This document shows positions 20,140 through 28,508 of a DNA stretch of 64,000 bases, in pieces (position 1 is the first letter of the stretch; the number at the start of each line of letters is the position of its first letter). Below the pieces are notes generated by a model that was not told the origin of the DNA, did no database searches, and worked only from the letters and a program-made list of their open reading frames with translations. Source of the stretch: an uncultured Candidatus Rokubacteria bacterium (GTDB taxonomy: Bacteria; Methylomirabilota; Methylomirabilia; Rokubacteriales; CSP1-6); NCBI GenBank assembly GCA_963762145.1, contig CAVXJS010000021.1:256001-320000 (forward strand), given 5' to 3'. The position numbers and the translations under genes are program-made.

Positions 20140-20922
20140 GTGGGCCTAGCGACGTTCCTTGAGCGCACGTGGAGCGGCATCGCCGGGCTCGTCAAGCCAC
20201 GCTCGGCCTCCTCTCTCTTTCGGCTGGCCGACCAGTATCGCCACGAAGGGCGTTACGAGGACGCGGCCGAGCTGATCACCGAGGGGCTGCGCGTCTCGCC
20301 TAACATCGCGGTCGGTCACCTGCTGGACGCCTACCTTCACGTGGTGTTCCGCGAGATGCCCGCGGCCAAGGCTTCATTCCGGCGCGTCCTCGGGCTCGAT
20401 CCCTACCACCCGCGTGCCCTGTTTGGGCTCGCGCGCATCGCGCTGGAAGAGGGCGACATCGAGGGATGCCGGCCCTTCCTCGACCGGGCGATCCAGTACT
20501 TCCCGGATTTCCCGGAAGCAAAGGCGCTGCAGGAGATGGTGGCCACCTGGACCGCCCCCGCCCCGGGAGCCTCGACGGCGATCGGGGCGATCTCCACCGA
20601 GCGGCTTCGGCTGCCTCCGGGCGCCCAGGACCTCGTGCTGACGCGCGCGGACGGCAAACTCGTGTTCGCGCAGGGGAGCGAGGAGCGGCAGAAGCACCTC
20701 GGGCTGCACATGACGCAGGTCTACCGGATCGCGTCCGCCACGCTGGCCCGGGCCGGGCTCGGCGCGATGCGACGGGGCGTCATCGAGGGCGCTGAGGAGA
20801 CGACCTTTCTCCGCAGCGACGGCGGCGTGATCCTGGGTGTCGCGCTCGCGCGTGAGGTCGAGGTGGGAGCGGGACTGGTGCAGGTCGGACGCTTGTGGAC
20901 GGATCTCAACATCAAGGCCTGA
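20140..20922 (+). CDS. TPR protein with a C-terminal degenerate Roadblock-like domain
   Basis: Three TPR-like helical repeats, then VLTRADGKLV...GVIEG...VILGVAL...VGAGLVQV following the Roadblock secondary-structure pattern. Confidence 0.65.
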   Translation: MGLATFLERTWSGIAGLVKPRSASSLFRLADQYRHEGRYEDAAELITEGLRVSPNIAVGHLLDAYLHVVFREMPAAKASFRRVLGLDPYHPRALFGLARIALEEGDIEGCRPFLDRAIQYFPDFPEAKALQEMVATWTAPAPGASTAIGAISTERLRLPPGAQDLVLTRADGKLVFAQGSEERQKHLGLHMTQVYRIASATLARAGLGAMRRGVIEGAEETTFLRSDGGVILGVALAREVEVGAGLVQVGRLWTDLNIKA

Positions 20923-20926
20923 GCCG

Positions 20927-21361
20927 ATGGCCGACCCGCAGACCACCGCCGATTCGACGCCTCCGGGCGGCACGCCGGCCCCGCGCCCATCGCGGGCGCA
21001 GGCCTTCCGCGAGACTCTGTCCGAGCTGACCCGGCTCGATGGCGTGCGCGGGGGGCTCATCGTGACGCCGGATGGCCTCGTCATCACGTCGGAGCTGCCC
21101 CCCCGCTTCCCGGTGGAGGCGCTCGCCGCGCTCGCGGCCACCCTCGGGCGTGAGCTGGAGCTGGGAGCGAGCCGGCTGGAGCGGGGCGCCTTCCGCACCG
21201 CGCTCTTCTCGGCGGACGACGGGACCGTCTTCGTGGGGGGCAGCCCGGTCGGCTACGTGACCCTCGTCGCGGACCGCAACGTGAACAACGAGGGGGTTCG
21301 CACCGCACTCGGCCGCGCAGTGGATCGCCTGCGCGGCACCTGGCGCACCCCGTCCCCTTAG
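20927..21361 (+). CDS. Roadblock/LC7 (MglB-like) protein
   Basis: LDGVRGGLIVTPDGLVI...LAALAA...YVTLVA. Confidence 0.88.
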   Translation: MADPQTTADSTPPGGTPAPRPSRAQAFRETLSELTRLDGVRGGLIVTPDGLVITSELPPRFPVEALAALAATLGRELELGASRLERGAFRTALFSADDGTVFVGGSPVGYVTLVADRNVNNEGVRTALGRAVDRLRGTWRTPSP

Positions 21362-21460
21362 GGGAGCGCGTCCGAGTCACCTCGTTCGAGCGCCGGCTTC
21401 GCCGGCGCAACTCGTTCTGGGGGAGGCTCGGAGGGGGCCGCCGAGGCCCCCTTCGATGAC
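21362..21460. repeat. REP-like double hairpin between convergent genes (possible bidirectional terminator)
   Basis: GCGCCGGC-TTC-GCCGGCGC (21390-21408) and TCGGAGGGGGCC-GCCGA-GGCCCCCTTCGA (21428-21456). Confidence 0.7.
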
Positions 21461-23527
21461 TTATCCCATCGTCACTCGAATCACTTCCTCCACCGTCGTC
21501 ACGCCATCCACCACCTTCTGCAGCGCGTTCTGTCGCAGCGTCTTCATGCCCTGCGAGCAGGCGGTCTCGCGGATCTCGGCGGTGGTCGCGTTGCGCAGCA
21601 TGAGATCCCGGAGCTCGGAGGTGATCGGCATCACCTCGTAGATGGCCACCCGGCCCTTCATGCCCGTGAAGTTGCACGTCTGGCAGCCCTTGCCCTTGTA
21701 GAAATTGACGTTGCCGAGCCCCTGGGACACGTGCCCGTAGGGGACCAGGCTCTCCTCGTTCGCCTCGTAGGGCTCCTTGCAGTCCTTGCAGATCTTCCGT
21801 CCGAGCCGCTGGGCCAGGATCAGCTGGAGCGAGGACGAGACGAGGAAGGGCGGGATACCCATGTCGAGGAGCCGCGCGGGAGTGGACGGGCAGTCGTTGG
21901 TGTGCAGCGTGGAGAGCACGAGGTGGCCGGTGAGGGCGGCGCGGATACCGATCTGGGCCGTCTCCAGGTCTCGGGTCTCGCCGACCAGGATCACGTCCGG
22001 GTCCTGCCGCAGGAAGCTCCGCAGGCACGCCGCGAAGGTGCGGCCGATCTCGTCGTTGACCTGCACCTGGTTGACGCCCTTCAGGTTGTACTCGACCGGG
22101 TCCTCGGCGGTCATGATGTTGATGTCCGGCGAGTTGATGGTGTGGATCGCCGAGTACAGCGTGGTGGTCTTGCCGGAGCCGGTCGGGCCGGTGATCAGGA
22201 TCATGCCGTAGGGGCTGTGGATCGCCTTGCTGAACTGCTCGAGGCTCCACGGGTCGAAGCCGAGAGCCCCCATGTCGAGCTGGAGCGCTTCCTTGTCCAG
22301 GATACGCATGACGGTCTTCTCGCCGAAGATCGTCGGCAGCGTCGAGACCCGGAAGTCGATCTCCCGCTGGTGGTAGCGCAGCTTGATGCGGCCGTCCTGG
22401 GGGAGCCGGCGCTCCGCGATGTCCATCGTGGCCATGATCTTCACGCGCGAGGTCAGGGCCGCCTCGAGGCGCTTGGGCGGCGTCATGATCTCGTGTAGCA
22501 CACCGTCGATGCGGAACCGGACCCGGAAGACCTTCTCGTACGGCTCGAGGTGGATGTCGGAGGCGCCCCGCCGGATGGCGTCGGTCAGGATCATGTTGAT
22601 GAGCCGGACCACCGGCGCCTCGTCGGCCGACTCCTTGAGGTCGAAGACGTCGGCCTTGCTGAAGGCGGCCTCGCCGTCCTCGACGACCTCGACGTCGGTG
22701 TCGGCCTCCTCCAGCTCGCTCATCATGTCGTTGACGCTGGCGCCCGTCTCGTAGAGACGCTCGAAGGCCTTGCGGATCGCCGCCTCGGAGGCGACCACCG
22801 GCTGGATCTGCAGGCCGGTCATGAACCCGACGTCGTCGAGCGCGAAGACGTTGGTGGGATCCGCCATCGCGAGGGTGAGGACGTTCCCGATCCGCTTGAT
22901 CGGGAGCACGCTGTGCTTCTTGGCGATCTGCTCGGGCACGAGCTTGAGCACGTCCGGATCCGGATCCACCTGCGCCACCGTGATCGCGGGCATGGCGTAC
23001 TGCTTCGACAGGAACGAGACGAGGCTGTCCTCGGTGATGAACTGCAGGCGCACCAGGATCGTCCCGAGCTTGTCGGCGCTGCCCTTCTGCTCGGCGAGCG
23101 CGCGCTGGAGCTGCTCCGGGCTGATGAGCTTCTCGGCCACTAGCCGGTCCCCGAGACGCGACAGGCTGCCCTGGCGACGCTCGATCGAGGAGACCCCGCC
23201 CCGCTTGCCCGCCAACGGGGTCGGCGCGACCTCGATGGACGCGGCGAGCGCCTCCATCTCCTCGGTCGCCGGCACCCGACCGGCCGCGGGCTCCGGGGTC
23301 GGCGCCACGCTCGCGGACGGCCGTCCTCCCACCGTACCGGCAAGGCGCGCCACGACCCGGGCCAGGCTCTCCCGATCACCCAGCTTGGTGTAGATCTCCT
23401 TCAGGGTCTCGAGCGCCCCGGTGTCCGACGGGTTGGCCTCCACGATCATCTCGCAGAGTCGGGCCGACTCGGCCAGGGATCGCTTCTCTTCCGAGGACAG
23501 CGAGATCTTGTTGTCGGTCTGCGCCAT
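21461..23527 (-). CDS. pilB: Type IV pilus extension ATPase PilB (GspE/PulE family) with an N-terminal extension
   Basis: ERRLPQDGR, GPTGSGKT, TAEDPVEY, LRQDPDVILVGE, TGHLVLSTLH, CKDC...CQTC Zn site, MshEN-like RLG repeat. Confidence 0.9.
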   Translation of the reverse strand: MAQTDNKISLSSEEKRSLAESARLCEMIVEANPSDTGALETLKEIYTKLGDRESLARVVARLAGTVGGRPSASVAPTPEPAAGRVPATEEMEALAASIEVAPTPLAGKRGGVSSIERRQGSLSRLGDRLVAEKLISPEQLQRALAEQKGSADKLGTILVRLQFITEDSLVSFLSKQYAMPAITVAQVDPDPDVLKLVPEQIAKKHSVLPIKRIGNVLTLAMADPTNVFALDDVGFMTGLQIQPVVASEAAIRKAFERLYETGASVNDMMSELEEADTDVEVVEDGEAAFSKADVFDLKESADEAPVVRLINMILTDAIRRGASDIHLEPYEKVFRVRFRIDGVLHEIMTPPKRLEAALTSRVKIMATMDIAERRLPQDGRIKLRYHQREIDFRVSTLPTIFGEKTVMRILDKEALQLDMGALGFDPWSLEQFSKAIHSPYGMILITGPTGSGKTTTLYSAIHTINSPDINIMTAEDPVEYNLKGVNQVQVNDEIGRTFAACLRSFLRQDPDVILVGETRDLETAQIGIRAALTGHLVLSTLHTNDCPSTPARLLDMGIPPFLVSSSLQLILAQRLGRKICKDCKEPYEANEESLVPYGHVSQGLGNVNFYKGKGCQTCNFTGMKGRVAIYEVMPITSELRDLMLRNATTAEIRETACSQGMKTLRQNALQKVVDGVTTVEEVIRVTMG

Positions 23528-23546
23528 GGTCGTCGATGTCCGTCAG

Positions 23547-24035
23547 CTAGACCGGACGCTCCCGCAGCGAGGACTGCACCTCGTCCTTGTGGAGCGGCGT
23601 CGACAGCACGCCGGTGCGCTGCGGCCGCGTCCGGGTCTCGGCCAGGATGGCCCCGATCGCGGTGCCCGCCTCCTTGGCGAAGAGACGGACCATGCCCACG
23701 GTGGTCCGGCTGTCGAAGATGGCGAGCAGGATCGCGTGCTCGTCCACCGCGGCGACGTGGATGCTCTCCTTGACGCCCTGATGAAACAGCATCGTGAACT
23801 CGGTCTCGCCGAGCAGCCGCGCCATCGCGGCGGTCGAGCTGAACGCGCCCGCGGCGAGCGCGGAGAGCGACACGGTGTCGAGCGACCGTGAAGCGCCTCC
23901 GCGAGCCAGGAGCTGTCCGCTCCGATCGATCAGGAGCGATTCCATCGCTCCCGATTCGCCCAGGAAGTGCAGGAGAACGCCGTTGATCCGCTGCGCGTCA
24001 TCCTCGTGGATGGCCAGGTTGTCATTTAGACTCAT
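23547..24035 (-). CDS. mglB: MglB (Roadblock/LC7), cognate GAP candidate for MglA
   Basis: LLIDRSGQLL, SLSALAAG, EFTMLFHQG..ESIH, IFDSRTTVGMVRL; adjacent to mglA. Confidence 0.9.
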   Translation of the reverse strand: MSLNDNLAIHEDDAQRINGVLLHFLGESGAMESLLIDRSGQLLARGGASRSLDTVSLSALAAGAFSSTAAMARLLGETEFTMLFHQGVKESIHVAAVDEHAILLAIFDSRTTVGMVRLFAKEAGTAIGAILAETRTRPQRTGVLSTPLHKDEVQSSLRERPV

Positions 24036-24639
24036 TGAGCGCCCCCTGTTCTTGTCCGAACCCGGCGACGAGAACCATGCGAGAGACGGTGTTGAGCGTA
24101 TCGAACACGCCCTTGCCCTCGACGGCGACCGATTCGAAGTACGGAACCCGCCGGCTCTTCCGGTTCAGCATGTATTCGAGGTACTCCACCGGAGCCACGT
24201 TGGGCAGGTCCCGCTTGTTGTACTGGATCACGTACGGGATCTCGTCAAGATTGTACCCGTATTCCTTGAGATTCTCTTCGAGGTTTCTGAAGCTCTCCAC
24301 GTTCTCGGGCAGGCGATCCCACTGCGAGTCCGCGACGAAGACGATGCCGTCGACGCCCCGCAGCACCAGCTTGCGCGTCATGTTGTAGTAAATCTGGCCC
24401 GGCACCGTGTAGAGCTGGAACTTGGCCACGAAGTTCCGCACCGTCACCGCGGAGACCGGCAGGAAGTCGAAGAAGAGCGTCCGATCGTCTCCCGTCGCGA
24501 GCGACACCATGTTGCCGCGGTTGACGTCCGGGAGGCCGCGGTAGATGTACTGGAGGTTGGCGGTCTTCCCGGCCACCCCGGTGCCGTAGTAGACGATCTT
24601 GAAGCTGATCTCTTTTTGCGCGTAGTTGATGATCGACAT
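24022..24639 (-). CDS. mglA: MglA Ras-like small GTPase
   Basis: KIVYYGTGVAGKT (G1), DRTLFFDFLP (G2 with Arg), TVPGQ (G3), NKRD (G4), GVFDTL. Confidence 0.95.
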   Translation of the reverse strand: MSIINYAQKEISFKIVYYGTGVAGKTANLQYIYRGLPDVNRGNMVSLATGDDRTLFFDFLPVSAVTVRNFVAKFQLYTVPGQIYYNMTRKLVLRGVDGIVFVADSQWDRLPENVESFRNLEENLKEYGYNLDEIPYVIQYNKRDLPNVAPVEYLEYMLNRKSRRVPYFESVAVEGKGVFDTLNTVSRMVLVAGFGQEQGALNESK

Positions 24640-24648
24640 CGAGTCGCC

Positions 24649-27624
24649 TCAGGCCGACATCAGCGTCGCCGCTGCGCGCTCGACCTGGCGGTAGGCCAGG
24701 CCGGGCCGGGTGACGGATCCACCCGCGACGATGACGATCGACCGCCCGTGCCCGATCTCTTCGGGCTGGATGACGAGGAGCGTGTCGCCGGATCGCAGGA
24801 TCGCGGTCCGGAACACGGCGCCTGACCCCGCCGCCTTGCGCATCACGGCGTGGAGGTCCTGCGCGAACGCTCCCACCGCAGGCACGTCGTCTCCCGCCGG
24901 CAGGAAGAAGTAGAGGACCGCTTCGCTTTCCGCGTCTCTCAGCACCGACGCGGTGACGTCACCGAACGCGGTCAGCCCTCCCGTGAGGACCGCCGCCCGA
25001 CTCGGCACCGCGGCCGTCGCCAGGCTGGAGCTGGCCGCCGGAACCACGTCCTGACCGGGGCCCGCGGTACGCGCGCCGCGGTCGGCTGCGGCGCGCCGGC
25101 AGAGGATCTCGAGCAGCGCGAGCGTGCCGCCGCGAGGCGCCGCGGCCGCGAGAACCGGTCCCCGGTCGGCCGGACCGCCGAGCGGCGTCAGCACGACGGC
25201 CGTCTCCGGCCCGCGCAGGGTGATCTGATCGACCGGCCAGGACGGACGGCGATCCGTGAACAGCGGCAGGGCGAGGCCCGCCACCGCGACCGCGGTTTCA
25301 TGGGCGACCGTCGGCGCGGCCATCGCAAAGACGGTGACGCCCTCGACCGCCTGGACGCTCACGTCGAAGGACGCGATCGGCGCCAGCAGCGCGACGATAC
25401 GTCGGGCCTCCGCCGCCTCCGCGGCCCCGGGAACGAGCGCGGCGGGAGTCGGGGCGGCCGGCGCCGGCTCGGCCCAGGCGGCGACGGCGGCCCGGGCGGG
25501 AGAAGGCTTGGGCCAGGCGAACGCGGGCGGGGCTGGCGGCACCGAGGGCGGTGCGACCACCGGGGTCGGAACGGTCACGTGCGGCTCCGGCTGCGCGAGC
25601 ACTGGCCGCGTCTCGAGATCGCGGGGGCGGTCCAGCTCGACCCTCGCGACGACCGGAAGCTCCTCCGGCCGCTCCTCGATCGGATCCGGCACCGGATCGA
25701 TGCGGGGCGCATCGGCCATGACGGGCTCAGGTTCCGGGAGCGACGCGATGGCGGGTTCTGGCTCCAGCACGGTCTCCCGCGGCGACTCCTCGGCAGCGAC
25801 CGGCTGCGGCTCGGGCTCGGGGGCGGCCGCCGCTTCAACCGACGCCTCGGGCGCCGGATCCGACACGAGCGGCTGAAAGGGCGCCGGGAAGGACTCGATG
25901 CCGCGGACGTCGACGGCCGGGCCGGCGGCGGCCAAGAACAGGTCCAGCGGGACCTGCCGGACGACCTCGTCGAGCGGGAGGCGCAGGCCGTTCGGCAGAC
26001 GCTCGGTCATCTCCGCGTCCGAGACGGCCATCGCCTCCTGGGGGAATTGCGGCGCGATCACGTCCCAGCCGATGCGAATCAAGCCCTCCGCGAGCTGAGG
26101 CAGCACGAGCGACTGCGGGATCAGCAGCGCCCCGGGCTGCCGCATCCGCTCGGCCACCTCGTCGAGCGGAACGCGGAACGCTTCCACGGGAAGCTCGGCC
26201 GCCACGCGACTCCACGAGATACGCACGATGGGCTCGTCGGTGCCAGGCGCGGCGGCGGCCGAGAGCTCGAGCGCGGCCGGCTCGGGCTTCCTCACCGGCT
26301 CCGGCGTGACCGTCATCGCCGGCTCGATCGGCCGGGGCGCGGCGAGGGGCCGGATCGCCACGGGCTCGGCCGGCTCCGCCGGCTGTGACGCCGACGGCAC
26401 CGCGAGCGGGATCGGAGCGGGGGCGCGCGGCGCCTCCGGCGGCGGCGTCGGCCTGACCGCCGGGGCCGGTGCGATCTCGGGCTCCGGCTGCCTCACTGCC
26501 GCAGCCTCGGTCGGTGCCTGGGACTCGTCCATCGGGTGGAACGGCACCGGGATCCGGTGGAGCCCGTGGATCTCGACCTCGGGGGTATCCGCGACGAACA
26601 GCTCCTGTGGCAGCTGGCGGATCACCTCGTCGATGGGGAGCCTCAAGCCTTCGTCCAGGTGCTCGGCGATCTCGGCCTTGCTCAATCCCACCAGGTGGGC
26701 CGGGAACTGATCGGCGATATCGCTCCACGCGACCCGTGCCATCCCCTCCGATAGCTGGGTGACCACGAGCTCGCCGGAGATCCGGAGGAACCCGGGCTCG
26801 GCGAGGCTTGCCGCCACCTCGTCCTCCGGCGCGAGAAAAGTGCCGGGAGGGAGCTGGTCCATGACGCGGTCGAGCGCGATGCGCAGCACGACTTCCGATC
26901 GGCCGGGCACGCGGGCCGGCTCGGCGTCGCGCCGGCGCTTTGCCGCCGCGGCGCGGCGCCGACGGGGCTCCTCGTCCGGTGCCGGAACGGGCGCAGGCGG
27001 TGGGGGCGGCGCCACCGGGGGGACAGGAGCTGACATCACGCCGGGCTCGGGAGCCGGCTCGGCTCGCGAGAGCAGCGCGTCGCTCAGGGAGCCGCTCCCC
27101 TCGAGCGCAGGCGCGCTCGGCACGCGAGTGGGTGTGGCAGACCGGGCCCGACTCACCGACGAGCGCGCGGTCGAGGCACCCCGCTCGCGGGGAAGACGGG
27201 CGGGCGCGTGCAGCAGGTCACGGAGCGGCACCAGGAGCAGCATCACGCCGAGGAGCTCCGGCAAGGGCGGCGGCAGCATCCAGGGCAGGGCGCGGCCCGC
27301 GAGCGCCGGATCGAGCAACGCGCTGAGCGGCTCTCGGGACATGCTCAGCAAGACGTGGAGTCCGCTCAGGAGCGCGGTGCCCACGAGCCATCGCACGATG
27401 GATGGACGGCGAACCCAGAGCCAGACCAGCAAGCCGTACACCACCGGCGGAATGCTCGCGACCGCCCACTTCGGCAACGGCACCTCGAACTGGAGAGGGA
27501 CGAGGGTCAGGAGGTAGATGACGCCGACATACGCGGCGAGGCCCAGCACCGCCATGAGCCAGGACGAGAGCCGCTGGGCGCTGGACACGAAATGATGGGA
27601 CGTTCTCATGGAGGAAGGCCTCAC
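24649..27624 (-). CDS. Unknown 991-aa membrane-anchored protein: N-terminal TM helices, two ~120-aa repeat domains, Pro/Ala linkers, C-terminal tandem Roadblock-like domains
   Basis: Hydrophobic N-terminus, visible internal duplication, position within the gene string with an overlapping start. Confidence 0.75.
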   Translation of the reverse strand: MRPSSMRTSHHFVSSAQRLSSWLMAVLGLAAYVGVIYLLTLVPLQFEVPLPKWAVASIPPVVYGLLVWLWVRRPSIVRWLVGTALLSGLHVLLSMSREPLSALLDPALAGRALPWMLPPPLPELLGVMLLLVPLRDLLHAPARLPRERGASTARSSVSRARSATPTRVPSAPALEGSGSLSDALLSRAEPAPEPGVMSAPVPPVAPPPPPAPVPAPDEEPRRRRAAAAKRRRDAEPARVPGRSEVVLRIALDRVMDQLPPGTFLAPEDEVAASLAEPGFLRISGELVVTQLSEGMARVAWSDIADQFPAHLVGLSKAEIAEHLDEGLRLPIDEVIRQLPQELFVADTPEVEIHGLHRIPVPFHPMDESQAPTEAAAVRQPEPEIAPAPAVRPTPPPEAPRAPAPIPLAVPSASQPAEPAEPVAIRPLAAPRPIEPAMTVTPEPVRKPEPAALELSAAAAPGTDEPIVRISWSRVAAELPVEAFRVPLDEVAERMRQPGALLIPQSLVLPQLAEGLIRIGWDVIAPQFPQEAMAVSDAEMTERLPNGLRLPLDEVVRQVPLDLFLAAAGPAVDVRGIESFPAPFQPLVSDPAPEASVEAAAAPEPEPQPVAAEESPRETVLEPEPAIASLPEPEPVMADAPRIDPVPDPIEERPEELPVVARVELDRPRDLETRPVLAQPEPHVTVPTPVVAPPSVPPAPPAFAWPKPSPARAAVAAWAEPAPAAPTPAALVPGAAEAAEARRIVALLAPIASFDVSVQAVEGVTVFAMAAPTVAHETAVAVAGLALPLFTDRRPSWPVDQITLRGPETAVVLTPLGGPADRGPVLAAAAPRGGTLALLEILCRRAAADRGARTAGPGQDVVPAASSSLATAAVPSRAAVLTGGLTAFGDVTASVLRDAESEAVLYFFLPAGDDVPAVGAFAQDLHAVMRKAAGSGAVFRTAILRSGDTLLVIQPEEIGHGRSIVIVAGGSVTRPGLAYRQVERAAATLMSA

Positions 27625-28505
27625 ACGGCCCGGACCAGGTCCGGGAGCGCTTTCTTCACGTGGTATCGCACCTTGCCGAGCACCGCCGAATCGCCAAGCA
27701 CCACCGCGAGCATCGCGCCCGCGCCCACGGCATTCAGCAGCACGACACCCGCGTCGTATTCGAGGATCAAGCTCTGGAGGCGCCCCTGGGTCAGGGCCCG
27801 TCCCACTCCGTCGGTCACTTCGACCAGACAGGCGGCGAGGGCGCCCGCGAGCTCGGCTTCGGGAAGGAGCCCACCCGCGACCTCCATCAGGGCTCCCTCG
27901 CGGTCGATCAGCGCGGTCAGGGAGACCCCGGCCAGCTCGGCCACCCCGGCGAGCAGCGCCTTGAGGTCGGGAGTCGGTGCCGCCGCGGCGACCGCAACCG
28001 GCTCCGCGACCGGCGCCGGCGGCTCGGGCTGAGGCACGCGGCGTTCGGGGGCCGTGACCGGCGCGGCGACCGGAGCGGCGGAAGCCGCCGGGACCACCGC
28101 GCGGGCCGGCGGGGACGCGACCGCGGGCGCGGGCCGCCCCGCGGCCGGCAACAGGCTCTCGATGCGATGCAGGAGCTCGTCGGCCGCGAAGGGCTTTCGC
28201 ATCACGTCGTCCGACCGCACCTTGGCCGCACGCTCCATCACGGTGCTGTTGACGATGCCCGAGATCAGCAGCACCGGCGTGTGTCCGAGAGTCGGGTGCT
28301 TCTTGACGAAGTCACAGATCTGGTAGCCGTCCATGTCCGGCATGATCACGTCACAGACGATGAGATCGGGCGTCTCGCGCGCGATCTGCTCCATCGCCTC
28401 GGTGCCCGAGGCGGCCGACAGCACCTCGATGCGCTTCGACTCCAGGGCCCGCTGCACGACCTTCCGGACGCTGAGACTGTCGTCTACGACCAGTACCTTG
28501 GGCAT
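27621..28505 (-). CDS. Response regulator receiver fused to a Roadblock/LC7 domain
   Basis: VLVVDD...LIVCD..MP.MDG...ISG...KPF; Pro/Ala linker; AGVSLTALIDREGAL...LILEY...LGKVRY. Confidence 0.88.
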   Translation of the reverse strand: MPKVLVVDDSLSVRKVVQRALESKRIEVLSAASGTEAMEQIARETPDLIVCDVIMPDMDGYQICDFVKKHPTLGHTPVLLISGIVNSTVMERAAKVRSDDVMRKPFAADELLHRIESLLPAAGRPAPAVASPPARAVVPAASAAPVAAPVTAPERRVPQPEPPAPVAEPVAVAAAAPTPDLKALLAGVAELAGVSLTALIDREGALMEVAGGLLPEAELAGALAACLVEVTDGVGRALTQGRLQSLILEYDAGVVLLNAVGAGAMLAVVLGDSAVLGKVRYHVKKALPDLVRAV

Positions 28506-28508
28506 GAT

